Assembly: GCA_013265495.1 (NCBI GenBank)
Contig: MU058423.1
Coordinates: forward strand, 4,758,793 to 4,822,792
Direction: 5' to 3'
Length of the DNA: 64,000 nt
Source of the DNA: Vicugna vicugna
Lineage: Eukaryota
Of this stretch, positions 12,926 to 26,529 are shown one piece after another. The notes beneath the pieces were generated by a model, which made no database searches, was not told where the DNA came from, and saw only the letters and a program-made list of their open reading frames with translations. The position numbers and the translations under genes were made by a program. Each line of letters begins with the position of its first letter. Within the stretch, counting starts at the first letter, position 1.

Positions 12926-15352
12926 GACAAATACTTCAGATTTACATGAGTGTCCAAAGCCAAACAATGATCAAGACCCATTTTTAGTTCAGAATAATTA
13001 ATAATTTTTCATTAAAGCTACTATTGGCTTCATCTTTAAAAAAAAACACATTTTTAAACATTAAGGATATAAAACTAAAATGTTAGTTCAACTGGAATGA
13101 TCCTCACTAATAAAAGAGGCACTTTTATGCAATTATATTGCATCCTTGCTGACCTTCTACCTGGCCAGTAGGAAAATTAGAAATAGGGTAGGAAGAAAGT
13201 TGCTATTAAAATAAAATTGCAAATTTCTTTTTTATTACATTATGAAGTATAAAGTTATTATGCTACAGAATTGTCTTTTAGTGTCAACAAACAAATATTA
13301 GACATTTATTATCTGTCAAGCACTCTGCTAGTTGCTCAGGGTAAAAATGTGCATGCGACACTCTTTCCTGCCCTCATCCTGTGTACAGTACAGCTGTGAA
13401 GTGAAACACCCGTACAGCAGTTCAATAAACAGTGTCTAGTGTCCCTGCCACACTGGTAACAAACACTGTGACTAACCTGTCTGCAAAGATGGAGCCAAAG
13501 AAAGCCATAATTTTTTTTTCAAGCCATGGCTTTTAAAAATGATGAATATATAGTCTGGGAAGGAAATGAAGCTGTCAATCATTAGCTCAAAGATCAGGCA
13601 GAAATAGATGACAAGTTAGACTCCCTCCTTCCTGAGACTTCCAACTAAATCAGGTTTTTACAATGTGGTTTCGTTATTTGAATGGGAATAAATTCCAAGT
13701 TTGATGGAAATACCTATATACTAAAGCTAGACTATACCCCTCCTCAACAAAAATCATAAACAGTTTTTGTATTATCTGATATTTCATGCTATTCATGCTT
13801 CGGCTCCTCTCCATTGAAATTAAGACTGCGTGTTGAATGCCGGTGGACTTGCTTTCCATTTCCTCTCTGTCAGTGTGATTAAAAGGTGAACACATATTAT
13901 TTAGCCCCAGGCAACTTCTTGCACAGGATTTCTGGCATTCAGTAGGGAATTATTTTGCAGTTAATAAACTACTGAAAATATTTCTAGCCAAGCAAAATAT
14001 TTTATCAAGTTCATTTTCTTTTTTAAAAATATATGTTCATTACTTTTGGCACATGAGGAAAAATGCCAATTTTAAAAAAGCCATTTAAAGTTAAAAATGG
14101 TTTCTAATCAAACATAGTCGGAGGGTGCAGGCCAGGTAAAGAGCAAAGCATGAAAACAACACTGTCCCAGACAGAATCATGAGCACGTACTCCTCACTGC
14201 TAAAGCCTCTCCTGAGAGCCTGACTAAGCAGATGGCTTCGAATTTTGCTTAGAAGGTATGAGCATGTGTTTTTAAAAAAATAGAACACAGATAATACTCA
14301 TTGGAGGGAGTAATCACTAAGAAAGTAACTTGCTTTCTTCCAAATGTGAATATGTATGCTGTTTTCCATTGTAAAATTACTTCATGCTAATTGCAAAATT
14401 CCAAATGAGTATGAAGAGAAAAAGGTCTCGACGAATTCCACTGTGAACAGTCGGGTACCATTTACTCTCCTGCGGCCTCCTGCTCCTCCCAGAACACGCC
14501 ACAGACTCCCAACCTCAGGCTTTCGCATTTGCAACTCCTCCCACTTGGGATTCTATCCCCTGGAGTTTTGGGGTGCTGGCTCTCTGCTCCCTCACTTCTT
14601 ACAGTTTTCCACTTGAGACCTCAGCGAGGCCTCCCATAACCACTCTAAATGATACACCCTTCCCCACCCCATCACTCGCTGTTCTCCTTACTACATTGCA
14701 TTTTTCTTCACAGCATCCTTTTTCTCTGTGGGAGCATGCAGGATTTGCCCAAGTCCACTTGGCAGGGTAGCAGCAGACCTGGGGTTCACTTAGGCTCTCT
14801 GGCTGCAGAGTGAGTGCTTGTAATCACTGTACCGTGCTGCCCTTCTGTACCAGATGCTCAGTAAATGTTTCTGGGGTGAATTTACTGTATTTCTGGAAAA
14901 CTTTATATATATATATAATTTTTTTCATAAATGGAAGCACATGAAATATCCTGTATTCTCACCTCTTAAAATACATAAAAAATTAAGCAATTCCTATGCC
15001 TATATGTGGGTATCTTGCTATGTATCTAAATCTGTATCTGTCTATATCTCATAGTTATTTTAACCAGTCCGTTTATTGTTTCACACTTAAGTGGTGTTCA
15101 CAGTTTCATGATTGGAGTCACTGATAACACTCTTTTGTATACTTACTTGATTATTTTCTTGGAGTTAAATTTCTACATATGGGATCACTGAATTAAAGGA
15201 TAGGAACATTTTTTAAGGCATTTAAATTGTTTTAAAGATTTCTGTCCAGAAATTCTGAACTGACTTAAACATCCATCCTACTGGGCCTGTGGGGACTTGT
15301 GTCCTGCCCCTTGTCCCTGTCCCTTTCTTGTACTTTGTATTTTTAAATATTA

Positions 15353-15373
15353 TGTGTGTGTGTGTGTGTGTGT
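15353..15373 (+). repeat. (TG)n microsatellite
   Basis: Direct reading. Confidence 0.95.
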
Positions 15374-16811
15374 ACACTATTACTTTATTATTCATATTAC
15401 ATGCTTTTGTCCCTTCAGTTTCTTCTTGTCTTTTATCTTAGTTTATGGTATTTGTTTTCCATACACTTTACTTTTTCTTTTCTCTCTTTTTTTTTTGAGA
15501 GGAGCTGTTTTTGTAGTTTTGTTTTAGTTTTTCTATAATCAGATTTGTCAAATGTCATGATTTCTGCCTAAATATGAAACATAACTCATAAAGCTACAGG
15601 CTTTTTATTATTATATTTTCCCAGCATTTTTGGACTACTCTTGTGCTTGGATATTGAGTCTTTATTCATGAATACATCCTAGTACACCTTTTTAAAAACA
15701 ACTAGAAGAGGGCTTGCTCTTTGTGAAAAAAAATCAAAGATTAAACCAATGTATAAAAATAAAGAGTGGAAGTTCTCATCTCCCTTTACCAATTCTAAGA
15801 TTAATTGCTATTAACAATTTTTTGTGTATACCTCTGCATATATATAAATTTTATCCATTGTTCTGCAACTTCCTCCTCACTTAACAATGTGTGGTAGAAT
15901 CTTCCATACAGCATATTGACATACAGCTTCTCCTTTTGCTTGCTTATATAGATTTCCATAATATGAAAATATTAAAATGTATTTATTCTCAGGCGATAAA
16001 CCTCTAGACTGACTCTAGTTTTTGCTACTATACATGGTGCCACAATTTTTTTTTTACATATGTCCTTGTACATTTGTGGCAGTATTTATGGAAGATGGAT
16101 ACCAGGATAATCAACTGATCATTCAAAGGATATTCATATATAAATTTTTATATAAAAAAAAAACCTGTCAAGTTGCCTGCTATTTATACTTTATCCATAG
16201 TTAAAAATTTGTCTACTTTTCACTCTCAAGCAAATTTGGGCATTTGCAATCTGATACTCAGTCTAATACAGGATATTCTTCTTATCCTGAACATGACAGG
16301 AATTTCTCTTTACCCTTTGATACCCCAGATTACATGAAGTTCTGTCCTAGGTATGTGTCTCTGAGGGAAATTTTCTGTGTTAAGTATTTGATGTTTTCTC
16401 TTCTACCATTATTTCTGTTTTTCGTAGAATACTTACACTGTTTATGAAATTTCTATTATACAGATATTGGATCTTTCAGATCTACCCTGTGTATCTTTAA
16501 ATTTTCTTTAAAGTTTCCCATTATTTTCTTTAATTTGTACTACACTGTGGAAAAAATAAGTATGTCTTCTAGACTAATTCCGTTTAAGTATTATTTATTC
16601 TTCAATTCATTCTTTATGTAGAGACTTGAAATTATTTTAGTGATCAAGTTTTTCATTTATGAGAATTGAATTTGCATCTTTCTGTGTATCAGTTACTGCT
16701 AGTTTTCTACCATGTCATCCTACTTTGATAGGAAGAAAAGGAATAGCAATATGCTCAGCTTAAAAAAATAATAAAAAATAAATCTTTATTTTCCAGCCTC
16801 CCTTGCAGCTA

Positions 16812-16900
16812 TGTGGTACTTTGGTAAATGTTTAACAACCAGCTCTCTGAAAGTACAAAGAGCTAGTTTTGTAGTGTTTGCTGATTCCATGGTAAAATTA
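16812..16900. mobile_element. hAT DNA-transposon end fragment (MER63-like)
   Basis: ggtaaatgtttaacaaccagctctc resembles the MER63 terminus as recalled. Confidence 0.45.
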
Positions 16901-17190
16901 TCCAAGGAACTCCCTTAATTCTCTCCTTGGCTCAAAGTTTATTCTTGAACTCTATCAAGAAACATATTCTTCATCATTTCAAGAGTTAATTTCACAACAT
17001 TCACTGAGAACAAATATCACAGTCAAGGATATGGAAGGCTGGGCTTCACTTGAATGAAAAGCCTACTGATTACTTGGCTTACTCTCATTCTGTCCTGTAG
17101 TGATGAATCTAGACCTTGGGTCCAAGTTTTCTAGAGGCAATTTTGTTTTATTCAGAAGTTATTGTATTTGCTTGATGGAATTTTAATTCC

Positions 17191-17219
17191 TTTTTTCTTT
17201 TTCTTTTCTTTCTTTCTTT

Positions 17220-17259
<40 letters not shown>

Positions 17260-17303
17260 TTCTTTTTTTTTTTTTTTTCTTTTTTTTTTTTTTTTTCTTT
17301 TTT
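17191..17303 (-). repeat. Poly(T) tract of about 110 nt abutting the assembly gap
   Basis: Direct reading; nearly pure T with sparse C/A. Confidence 0.9.
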
Positions 17304-17304
17304 G

Positions 17305-17708
17305 NNNNNNNNNNNNNNNNNNNNNNNNNNNNNNNNNNNNNNNNNNNNNNNNNNNNNNNNNNNNNNNNNNNNNNNNNNNNNNNNNNNNNNNNNNNNNNNN
17401 NNNNNNNNNNNNNNNNNNNNNNNNNNNNNNNNNNNNNNNNNNNNNNNNNNNNNNNNNNNNNNNNNNNNNNNNNNNNNNNNNNNNNNNNNNNNNNNNNNNN
17501 NNNNNNNNNNNNNNNNNNNNNNNNNNNNNNNNNNNNNNNNNNNNNNNNNNNNNNNNNNNNNNNNNNNNNNNNNNNNNNNNNNNNNNNNNNNNNNNNNNNN
17601 NNNNNNNNNNNNNNNNNNNNNNNNNNNNNNNNNNNNNNNNNNNNNNNNNNNNNNNNNNNNNNNNNNNNNNNNNNNNNNNNNNNNNNNNNNNNNNNNNNNN
17701 NNNNNNNN
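17305..17708. other. Assembly gap (404 N)
   Basis: Run of N. Confidence 1.
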
Positions 17709-18246
17709 TTATGCATTACAGTTGTACAGTGCATACCTGTGTGGTCATATATGTAACTCTAGCCAAAAATAAATGCTTCCTCGTTTTACTGATATGTTAT
17801 TATTGTAGACACTAAAGGTTCTAAACTATGTTTTCATTGGTGTTCTGAACGAAAGCATCTAGTCTATTCCCTCAGTTCTCTTCAAGTTATAGTTTTTTGG
17901 GTCTAATTTATAATTTGATTGCATTTTATCTTTAATTTTTCTAAGATTAAGCTCTGCTTTATGCTAACTGACTTTATGCATATTTGCTCAGCATTTTTTA
18001 TGGAGCTTTTGTATCTTCAGAAAAATTATTGTAATTGTTTTCCCCAGCCCTCCAGGCTTCAGGCTTCTCCAGACTGTTTGAAAGAGTGGGATTAACTTTG
18101 TGGATAAATACAGTTTATGAATAATTATGTGAGAAGAGTGTTCGCATTCTGGAACTTTTTTTTTTGAAAAAAAAATGATAACACATGGTAAACACTTGAG
18201 ATAAAACGTGTATACCAACAAGAATTCATATTACCGCAGTTAGCAG

Positions 18247-18733
18247 ACGAGTAAGGATGCTCTCACCTAGTTCTGAGGCAAATGTAACTATTTTTTTTCG
18301 AGGGGCTGGTGAACAAAACATGTTTGGTCCCTAATCCCCTGAATCTTATATTACAAAAGTGCCTGAAAAACTTTCCAGAGTCAAATGGCTCTATTTCTCA
18401 TTGAAGCCATACATGAAAATTGAATTCTTCTCCTAATCAATTAGAAGGCACTCAAATTAATGCCATATCTAAACACACTCATACGAGTAAGGATGCTCTC
18501 ACCTAGTTCTGAGGCAAATGTTGAATACCTACCATGTAACTATTTTTTTTCGAGGGGCTGGTAAACAAAACATATTTGGTCCCTAATCCCCTGAATCTTA
18601 CATTACAAAAGTGCCTGAAAAACTTTCCAGAGTCAAATGGCTCTATTTCTCATTGAAGCCATACATGAAAATTGAATTCTTCTCCTAATCAATTAGAAGG
18701 CACTCAAATTAATGCCATATCTAAACACACTCA
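18247..18733 (+). repeat. Head-to-tail tandem duplication (units 18247-18482 and 18483-18733)
   Basis: Copies differ by 3 internal substitutions and a 16-bp indel (ttgaatacctaccatg). Confidence 0.97.
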
Positions 18734-19944
18734 CACAAAGGAAAACCTGATAGTAAATAGTTATTCTTTCCCATTATCTACCTATGAGAAAGAAACCACA
18801 AGCTTCTCGTTCAACTTTATATGCGTATTCCAGCCTTTAAAGGAATAAGCTTGTCGGCACAGCACTGCCGCTGTCGCTGCATTCTGCTGAAGCCTTTAGC
18901 ATTTCCCAGTCTGCAAAATGACATGAACTCTTTCTTCTCCCTGAAGATTATCTACACCCGAGGGCAGAATCTCTCTTTCTTGGCAATATTTGAGATGTTT
19001 TATATTTATATATAAATAAAATTTATATTATATTGTTATAACACATATATTAAGCATAATGAATATATTATATTAATGCATAAAAATAAATTTCTATATT
19101 TTCACGCCCTGTTTGCATGCTACAGATTCCATTAAAATCTCTTTACCGATCTTACATTTTAGGTTTCAAGTCTCTATGAAAACTTTTGTTGTATCATTTA
19201 ACTACTAAAGACTATCTCACTGACAGAGACCACGCATGCCGAATCATTTCATTCTGGTGTGATCTTACCATAAAGGTGAATGGGAATATCCTTTGATCAG
19301 AATTGGTAGTTTCTGAGCACAGCCTAATAGTGAATTGACCTTTCAAGCAAATTAGTTTCACTATTGTCCCATATTGAACTTGCGGGAAGCTAAAGCCTTT
19401 CAGGGTTTCTGCACGTGCATGGCTGCCAAATCAGGTCTCTGTAATGATCTGCCTGGCTCCTGTCCCCATCACAGGCCAGTCCTGAGGAATTAGATCCAAT
19501 AGTAAACTTTAAAATTCCTATGTTTGAGGCTTGGCAATTTAGCATTTGTTAACCCATGATTTTGTCATCTGATTTTGTAGCTAGTTTTGTTTGTTTGTTT
19601 GTTTGTTTACTTTGCTCTTTAGATTGAAGTTTTTCCCAGAGGGATCAGTATTAACAGCTGGCGTCGTCTCCTGTCTCTCTAAGTCCTAAAACCTCTGTCT
19701 TCATTCCTTGTCTCAGGTCTTGCTCTTAAACCCCAATTTGTGTCTAATCAATAAAGTCCTGTCTCTCCCCATTGTCCCCACTGCCTGCTCAGCCATCTGA
19801 TTTTCTTGATGGAGATATCACTCTTGACATGCAAGCATGCATCTTGGGCTCACATTGTTAATACTTTCTGGTTTATTTAGTCTCCTTGCCTTAGCTGCCC
19901 CTAAGTATGTACTTTACATTAGTCCTACTTCTAGTCCTCCTGTT

Positions 19945-21880
19945 TTTTTAAAAATCAAGCTTACTGAGGTACAATTTGTGCAGTGGACAGATTATAAAGT
20001 GGCCCCCAATGATGCTCCCTGATATTCATGTCTTTGTGTGATCTCTTCCCGCCATGTGTAGGTGGGATGTGGCAACTTGCTTCTAATGAATAGAATAAGG
20101 TAACGATAATAGGATGTCACTTCCAAGGTTGGGTTGAAAAAAACCACTGTGGCTTCTGCTTGGGGCTGACCTCTTGATCTCTTGTTCACTCATTTTGTGG
20201 GAAGCCAGCTCTCGTGCTGTGAGCCACCCTATGGAGAAATCTACCTTGCAAGGAACTGAGGAAGGCCCCTAGTCACTAAGAGGTTAGGAACTGAGTACTG
20301 CCAGCAGCAGCCTGGGAGGGCTTGGCAGCGGATCCTACCTCCACTGAACCTTGAGATGACTGTACCAGCCCAGGATGCAGTCTTGTGAGAAAGACTGTGA
20401 GCCAGAGGGACCCAGCCAAGCTGAGCCTGCATTTCTGACCCTCAGAAATCATGAGCTAATAAATGCTTATTGTCATAAGCCACTGAGTTTTAGGATATTT
20501 TGTTAGACAGCAATAGATAACTAGTACAATTTTCATACAATATAATTCACTGTTTTAGATATACAATTCTTTGCGTTTTGGCAAATGCATACAGCTGTGT
20601 GCCCATCACCACAATCAAGATATAGAACATTTCCATCAACCTCACCCCCAAAAGTTCTCTCTTGATACTTTCTAATCCATTTCTCCCTGCCTTTCCATTG
20701 CCCGTGGCAAACGCTGATCTGTTTTTTGCCCCTCTGATTTTGCTTTTTCCAGAATGTCATGTAAATGGAATCATATAGTACATAACCTTTTGTATCTGCT
20801 TCCTTCCACTTAGTATAATGCATTTGAGATTCACCCACGTTGTTGTGTGCAGCCATAGTCCCTTTTATTACTGAGCAGTGTTCTGTTCTATGTATGTACC
20901 ACTTACTTATGTGTTATCAGATGACGAGCATTTGGGATCTTTTCAGCTTGGGGTGATTATAATAAAGAAACTATAAATGTTTAGAGATATTTTTGTGGGC
21001 ATGTATGTTTCTCTTTTTGGTTAAATACCAAAGGGTAGGGTTTATGTGGATTTATGGGAAGTGTAGGTTTAACTGTATGAGAAACTACTAAACTGCTTTG
21101 AAAGGCAGCAGCGCCTTACGTTCCCACCTTCAGTGTGGTTAGAGTTCCAGCTGCTCTGCAGCCTCGCCAAGACTTGGTGTTGTGTTTTATTTTATTTAAT
21201 GTATATGTTGTGGTATTTTGTTGTGATTTTAATTTACATCCTCCTAATGACTTATGATCTTTTCACGGGCTTATATTTCTCCCATATATCGTCTTCGGTG
21301 GTGTGTTTGTATGAATGTTTTGCCCAGCTTTTAATACATTGAAGAGGAGAGATCAGAGAAGAAATCCTTGACCTGCTCCCGGCCTTAGGGAGAAATAGTT
21401 TGCTGTTAATTGTGAAGTTAGATGTCGGTTTCTTTTGTAAATGCCATTTATCAGGTTAAGGAAATCCCCTTCAGTTCTTAAGATTGCCGAGATCTTTTCC
21501 ATATCATTAATGAATGCTGAATTTCATTAAGTGCCTTTTCTGCATCCATCAAAATGATCATATGATTTTTCTTCCTTAGGCTGTTAATATGGTGAATTGA
21601 ATGATTTTTTCAAATGCTGATCTAAACTTCCATTCTTGAGATAAACCCCACGTGGTCATGGTGGATTTGATGGATTCAATTTGCTGATAATTTCGGGGGT
21701 ACTTTTGAATCTACGTTTATGAAGGTTATTGATCTGCAGTTTTCTTTTCTTGTAACACCTTTGTCCAGTTCTCGTATCAGTATAAACCGTCGGGCTGGAA
21801 ACACAAAATTAATTGGGAAGTGTTCTTTCCTCTTCTGTGTCTAGAAGAGTTTGCTTAGAATTGGCATCGTTCTTATGAGT
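19945..21880 (-). mobile_element. Ancient L1 (L1MB-like) 3' portion, interrupted by an MLT1 LTR
   Basis: Antisense L1 3'UTR and ORF2 phrases (gaatgtcatgtaaatggaatcata; tctgcatccatcaaaatgatcatatg); minus-strand ORF 20533-20856 has L1M 3' end character. Confidence 0.85.
19979..20528 (+). mobile_element. MaLR solo LTR (MLT1F-like)
   Basis: TG...CA termini, aataaa near the 3' end, typical ending gcaatagataactagtaca, 5-bp TSD atttg/atttt. Confidence 0.88.
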
Positions 21881-22105
21881 GTAGATACTGTCAGATACAT
21901 CAAAGCTTTTTCTAATATTCTGCTTTCAGTCAAACAATTCTTCTAGAATTTTTTTTCCCCTATAAATTCTCAATTTCTTCCTCTTTGTTCCTTTTCTAAT
22001 ATAGATTAGGAAAATATAGTTTCTCTCTGGCTTTTCTTGAAGGGATCCTCGGTGTGCTATACTAACCCTCCTCCCACCAGAAGGATTTATCCTTAGATTT
22101 GTGAT

Positions 22106-22127
22106 ACACACACACACACACACACAC
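22106..22127 (+). repeat. (CA)n microsatellite
   Basis: Direct reading. Confidence 0.95.
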
Positions 22128-22934
22128 AAAGAGACTCCTTGTTAAGCACTGCCATTTCCCTTTCTATATAAGGTATTTACTTGAGGTCTGTCTCTCTGTG
22201 GACATGTTAGTTGTCAGTTCCACAGCACCCAACTATGTTTTTATGTAAAAAACTATGTTTGCATACGTGTGCTAAAAATTTAAGCCTCCATATTTTTACT
22301 CACTTTTTGTGCAATGACATACACACAGTTTAGGCCCTAGTTGGAGTTCATTTATTGATTCAGAACTGTGTACTTACTGAGTTCCAGGCATTGTGCTAGG
22401 TAATGAGGCTAGGACAGTAAAGACAGACACGTTTCTACCCTTATGGACCCATAGGCAACTGGGAAAAGAGCTAAGTTAAGTAAGTCCAGTTTTGCTTCAG
22501 ATCATCACTGCATTTTTTTTTTTTATCCTAAGAATGCTGGAAACATTCTTTATTGTGATTTTCTGTCTCATCAGTTTTCTTCCTTAGTACTTAATTTGTT
22601 TATAGGTGAAAAAAATGGATGATTTTCTTCTTTTTCTTCAAATTTCAATTAAATTTTTTGATTGGTCATTGAAAATCCATTTGTTTCTTGATAAAAGGCA
22701 AGATTTGAATCATATAATTTTTTCACCATTGTTTCCAGGCTTTGAATATTCTGATAGAGTCTGACACTATAGTAGCTATCTTGAAGCCATGAGCTGACAA
22801 AGAAGCACCTACCCCCAGATTAAAAATAAAAAACAAATTTATTTATTCAAAAAATATTCGGCCTATGGAAAAGGGGAGAATTGAATTATCACTCATTGTG
22901 ATAGGAATTCTGTAGTTGAACATCTTTTCAGTGG

Positions 22935-24000
22935 TAGGCAAAGAGTTTAGTTTTAGACATTTTAAGTTTGTGATATCTATTAGACAGTCATCCAGAGATG
23001 TCTAGTGAAGCAGTTGGAAATATTAGATTTGAGTTCAGGAGAGAAAGAGATAGTGAAAGAGATGTTCACTTGAGAAGAGTGTAAAAAGTGTGAAAAATTT
23101 ATCTAGGAATATGGGGATTTGAATAGGCTAGGGAAATCTGGGATATTTGAAAACACTAAGAGCCATTTTACCTTGCAGGTCATGAATTTACATAAGTGTG
23201 ATTATAATGAGTGACCATGGGACTTAAGTTTGATGAAGTTGGAAGTCAGGAAGAACTGAGGGACAGTGAAAAGGTAAGTTCAATGCATTAGAGTCTCATG
23301 GAAGTAAGACACTAAGATGGACTAAAAGGAGATTGTCTTCAATGAGTAAATGCCTGAAACTGCATTTACAAATGGGATGTAATTATTATTAATATGTAAG
23401 TCTAAGGAATAACCCATGGAATCAGGTGGCTGAAGTAGGGCAGAAGGTAAACCTTTTGCAGGATAGGTGGTCAAGGAACTGAGAGGCCGGGGATCGGAAG
23501 AATCATATGAGCAGATAATTAAATTACCAAGAATTATGACAGAATGACATTGGAGAGGGTGATCGTGATTCAGGAACTAAAGTCTTTAAAGAATACAGTG
23601 AAGGCCTGTGGCTGCAACATGGAGGGCAAGCTAGTGGTGTAATTTAATGGCATAAAATTCAAAGCTGGGAGATTTAAAGGAGAAGGGAGGAAAATGGTCA
23701 CGAAGCACTAATGTGCGTCAGGGAGGACACCTGACACTCTCAGGCTCAAGGCGTGGGGAACAAGGGAGAAATACAGTCAGTACTAAAGGGTGACTCTGCA
23801 AAGGAAGTGACGGCTTCCAAGGAGAACAGGTAACCATTTCAACAACGAAGGGAGGGAGACATTTTGAGAAGTTTGAGTAACCAGGGAATTTTGATGACTT
23901 TGAGTTGCAGACAATAGAGTCCTGGGAGAAGGAGAGAAAGGGAGGAACTAGTGTCATATTAATCTGAGAATGGAGGAGTAGATTCATGGGTTCAGAGCAG
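22935..24000 (-). mobile_element. L2 LINE remnant
   Basis: gagtttagttttagacattttaagtttg...gcagttggaaatattagatttgagttcaggagag is characteristic of antisense L2; purine-rich body follows. Confidence 0.7.
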
Positions 24001-24332
24001 CCGAGTCCTTCCTTACACTGTTGAGTCCCTGAACCACAGACCTCCAGTCCCCTGTTAAAGGATGTTATTTATTTAAGCCTCAGACCTTTGGGTTTGTTGT
24101 TACTTGTAACCAAATTGAATGTAGCAGACATTGGTTGGTTTTTAGCCAGAGTCTGATTTAATCTAATATACTTTGTGAAAAGAATATTCTGGCTGCTCTG
24201 TGGAGAATGGGATATACGAAGGCAAAGATAGAGGCAAAATCACAAGTGGCCGATAATTCAAAAAAAAGATGCTCAAACAGACTTTTAATATTCCTTGACC
24301 ATTTGTGTTTGTTTTTTATGTCATTTTCTTGG

Positions 24333-24656
24333 CGTGTTACTTTCCTGTGGCTGCTCACAGATTACCAAAACTGGGTAGCGGAAAACAACAGAAGGGTATT
24401 CTCTCCCAGTCCCGGAGGCCAGGAGTCTGAAATCAAGTGTTGGCAGAGCCAGGCTCCCTCTGAAGCCTCTCGGGCAGGGTTCTTCCCTGCCTCTTCCAGC
24501 TTCTGGTATCTCTAGCTTTCCTTAGTTTGTGGCAGCATTAACTTCAACCTCTGCCTCCTTCTTTAATGGCCATCTAATCTGTGTGTCTGTGAGTCCAAGG
24601 GTCCTTGTCCTACAGAAACACTAGCTATTGGATTAGGGCCCTGTTAAGCCATAACA
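24333..24656 (-). mobile_element. MaLR LTR (MLT1A/C-like), internally deleted
   Basis: ggaggccaggagtctgaaatcaag and ccctgcctcttccagcttctgg motifs; ends ccataaca. Confidence 0.85.
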
Positions 24657-26529
24657 CATCATCATATCCTTTGTTGATTATTTTTACTGGACTATTTGTC
24701 TTTCTTACTATTGTTTTATAATTTTTTTTTAATTTACATGTGCTGCAAACACTTTTTAAGTTAGTCTTTATACTTATTTGAGAAAAAATAGCCACTGGAA
24801 ACCTTTAATTTTTAATAAGCAGTGGTCTTTCATTTTAAAATTTATAGCAGCTTGTTCCTTATAAAAATGTTTATCCTGAGATTATCTTTCAATGCACCCA
24901 TTGTAATCAATTATATTTTTAATATTTAAAGAATTGATTTGTTATTATTTCGGAATTTGATTGGGATCTTATTTACACCGTCTTTCTTCATGCCCTTTAA
25001 CTTCTTCCATTAGCAAAGAGATCAGCCTATGTTTATTGCCCACATAATCAATTCCTGCTTCAGGCCAGAAAGATGCATGTGCAGGCCCTTCCATCACCTG
25101 GACTGGTCCCTAATGTTCTTTCTTTCTGGTTATCAGGATGAACTAAGTTATTTATGATATATTCCCAGGAGCTTCTGGGTAAGTAGACTTGGAAATTTCC
25201 AGCCTATTCCTTCTGGCCTGAATCAGAGTTTCCTCCTGGGAAATTCAGCTCTTGCAAATTTAACTTTTCCAAGTGTGTATGTAGACAGTCACTAAATGGG
25301 GGACTCTTGAGGGATTTAGGGGAGGAAACAGCCTCGAGTGGAGGGGCAGAGCATCGAGCACAGAGTAGAGGAATCTCCAAGTCTCAGTGTGCAGGAGAGA
25401 AGTGCTGGTGAACAGAGAAGTTCTTGAACTAACGTGGATCAGCGAGTTACTATTTGCACATCTTTTTTTTTTTTTAAAGGAAATAAAGATTTTCAGTCTT
25501 ATGGTGAGCAGTCATGCTTCCTTTAGCAGCCATAAATCTCTCCCAAATGCTAAGAACCTGCTCAAATTTAGCAAGTCAGCTGAGTAAAAAGGTCATCTTC
25601 TTGCCTAACGGCAGATTCCCTAGCTTTTTCCACACAATTCCCTTTATGGTTATAATTGTCCCTTGCAAAAATATAGTGTTACAGCTGAACTCATAAAACT
25701 GCTGCCTCTGGAATAAACAGGAAAGGGCACATTCTCGTTTCAAAACAGCAAATGCACCAGCAGAGTTTAGCTTCCATTTAAACTGGAACATAGGGATTCT
25801 ACTAACAATGCAATAGCTTTGATAGACTGCCCGTTTGACCTTTCAGCGCATGGATGAATATGTTTGCACTCGTTTAGACTGGTATATCTGTTAGATCGTA
25901 CACACAGATACAACTTTCACATCTATTTACACTTCCTACAGGGCAGCAATGCTGTGTCTTTGCTTAGTCCGGGACTCAGCACAATTTTAAGTGCAAGGAA
26001 GAGCTTAATAATACATGTGTCTTAGGCATTTTCAGTCCTGAAAAGAAGCAAAAAGAAAAAGAAAGAAACAGCTCATGGTGAAGAATGGGTGTAGCCTCAA
26101 CCTGAAAGAGAATTTAAATTGACCTCCACACTTTTAAGTTAGCAAGAACATGGTTTGTGGAAGAAAGAAAGGAGGAGCAGTAAAAATCCACAAATGCAAA
26201 ACTATTTCTAAATCTGGCAGGATTTTAGTGGGTTATTTCACAGGAACAATGGCCAAAGTCCTCTTTTCTTTGATGAGAAAAATGGTAACTTCTACATTTT
26301 GCGACTTGCAGAAGGAAATTTAAAAACTTGAGGGACAAAGGAACTGGGTAAATAGCCTTCCTTCCCAAGGAAGCTGACCTTTTGGGGAAAGAACACCCTG
26401 TAGGTTTGTAGCTACAGGGAAGGAGGCCGTTAGACCACATGGAAAACATAAGACGCTCTCTGGCTTTTGAGTTTTAAACCCTGTGGCTCAGTTGTACTCT
26501 GTTTTTGATGGATTGTGGTGTGAAGATGT

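Noticed and set aside
17162..17815. Long ORFs with poly-F, poly-K and X
   Set aside because: Artefacts of the poly(T) tract and the N gap.
25137..25178. 42-nt segment with good acceptor and GTAAGT donor
   Set aside because: Stops in all three frames; at best a non-coding or pseudo-exon.
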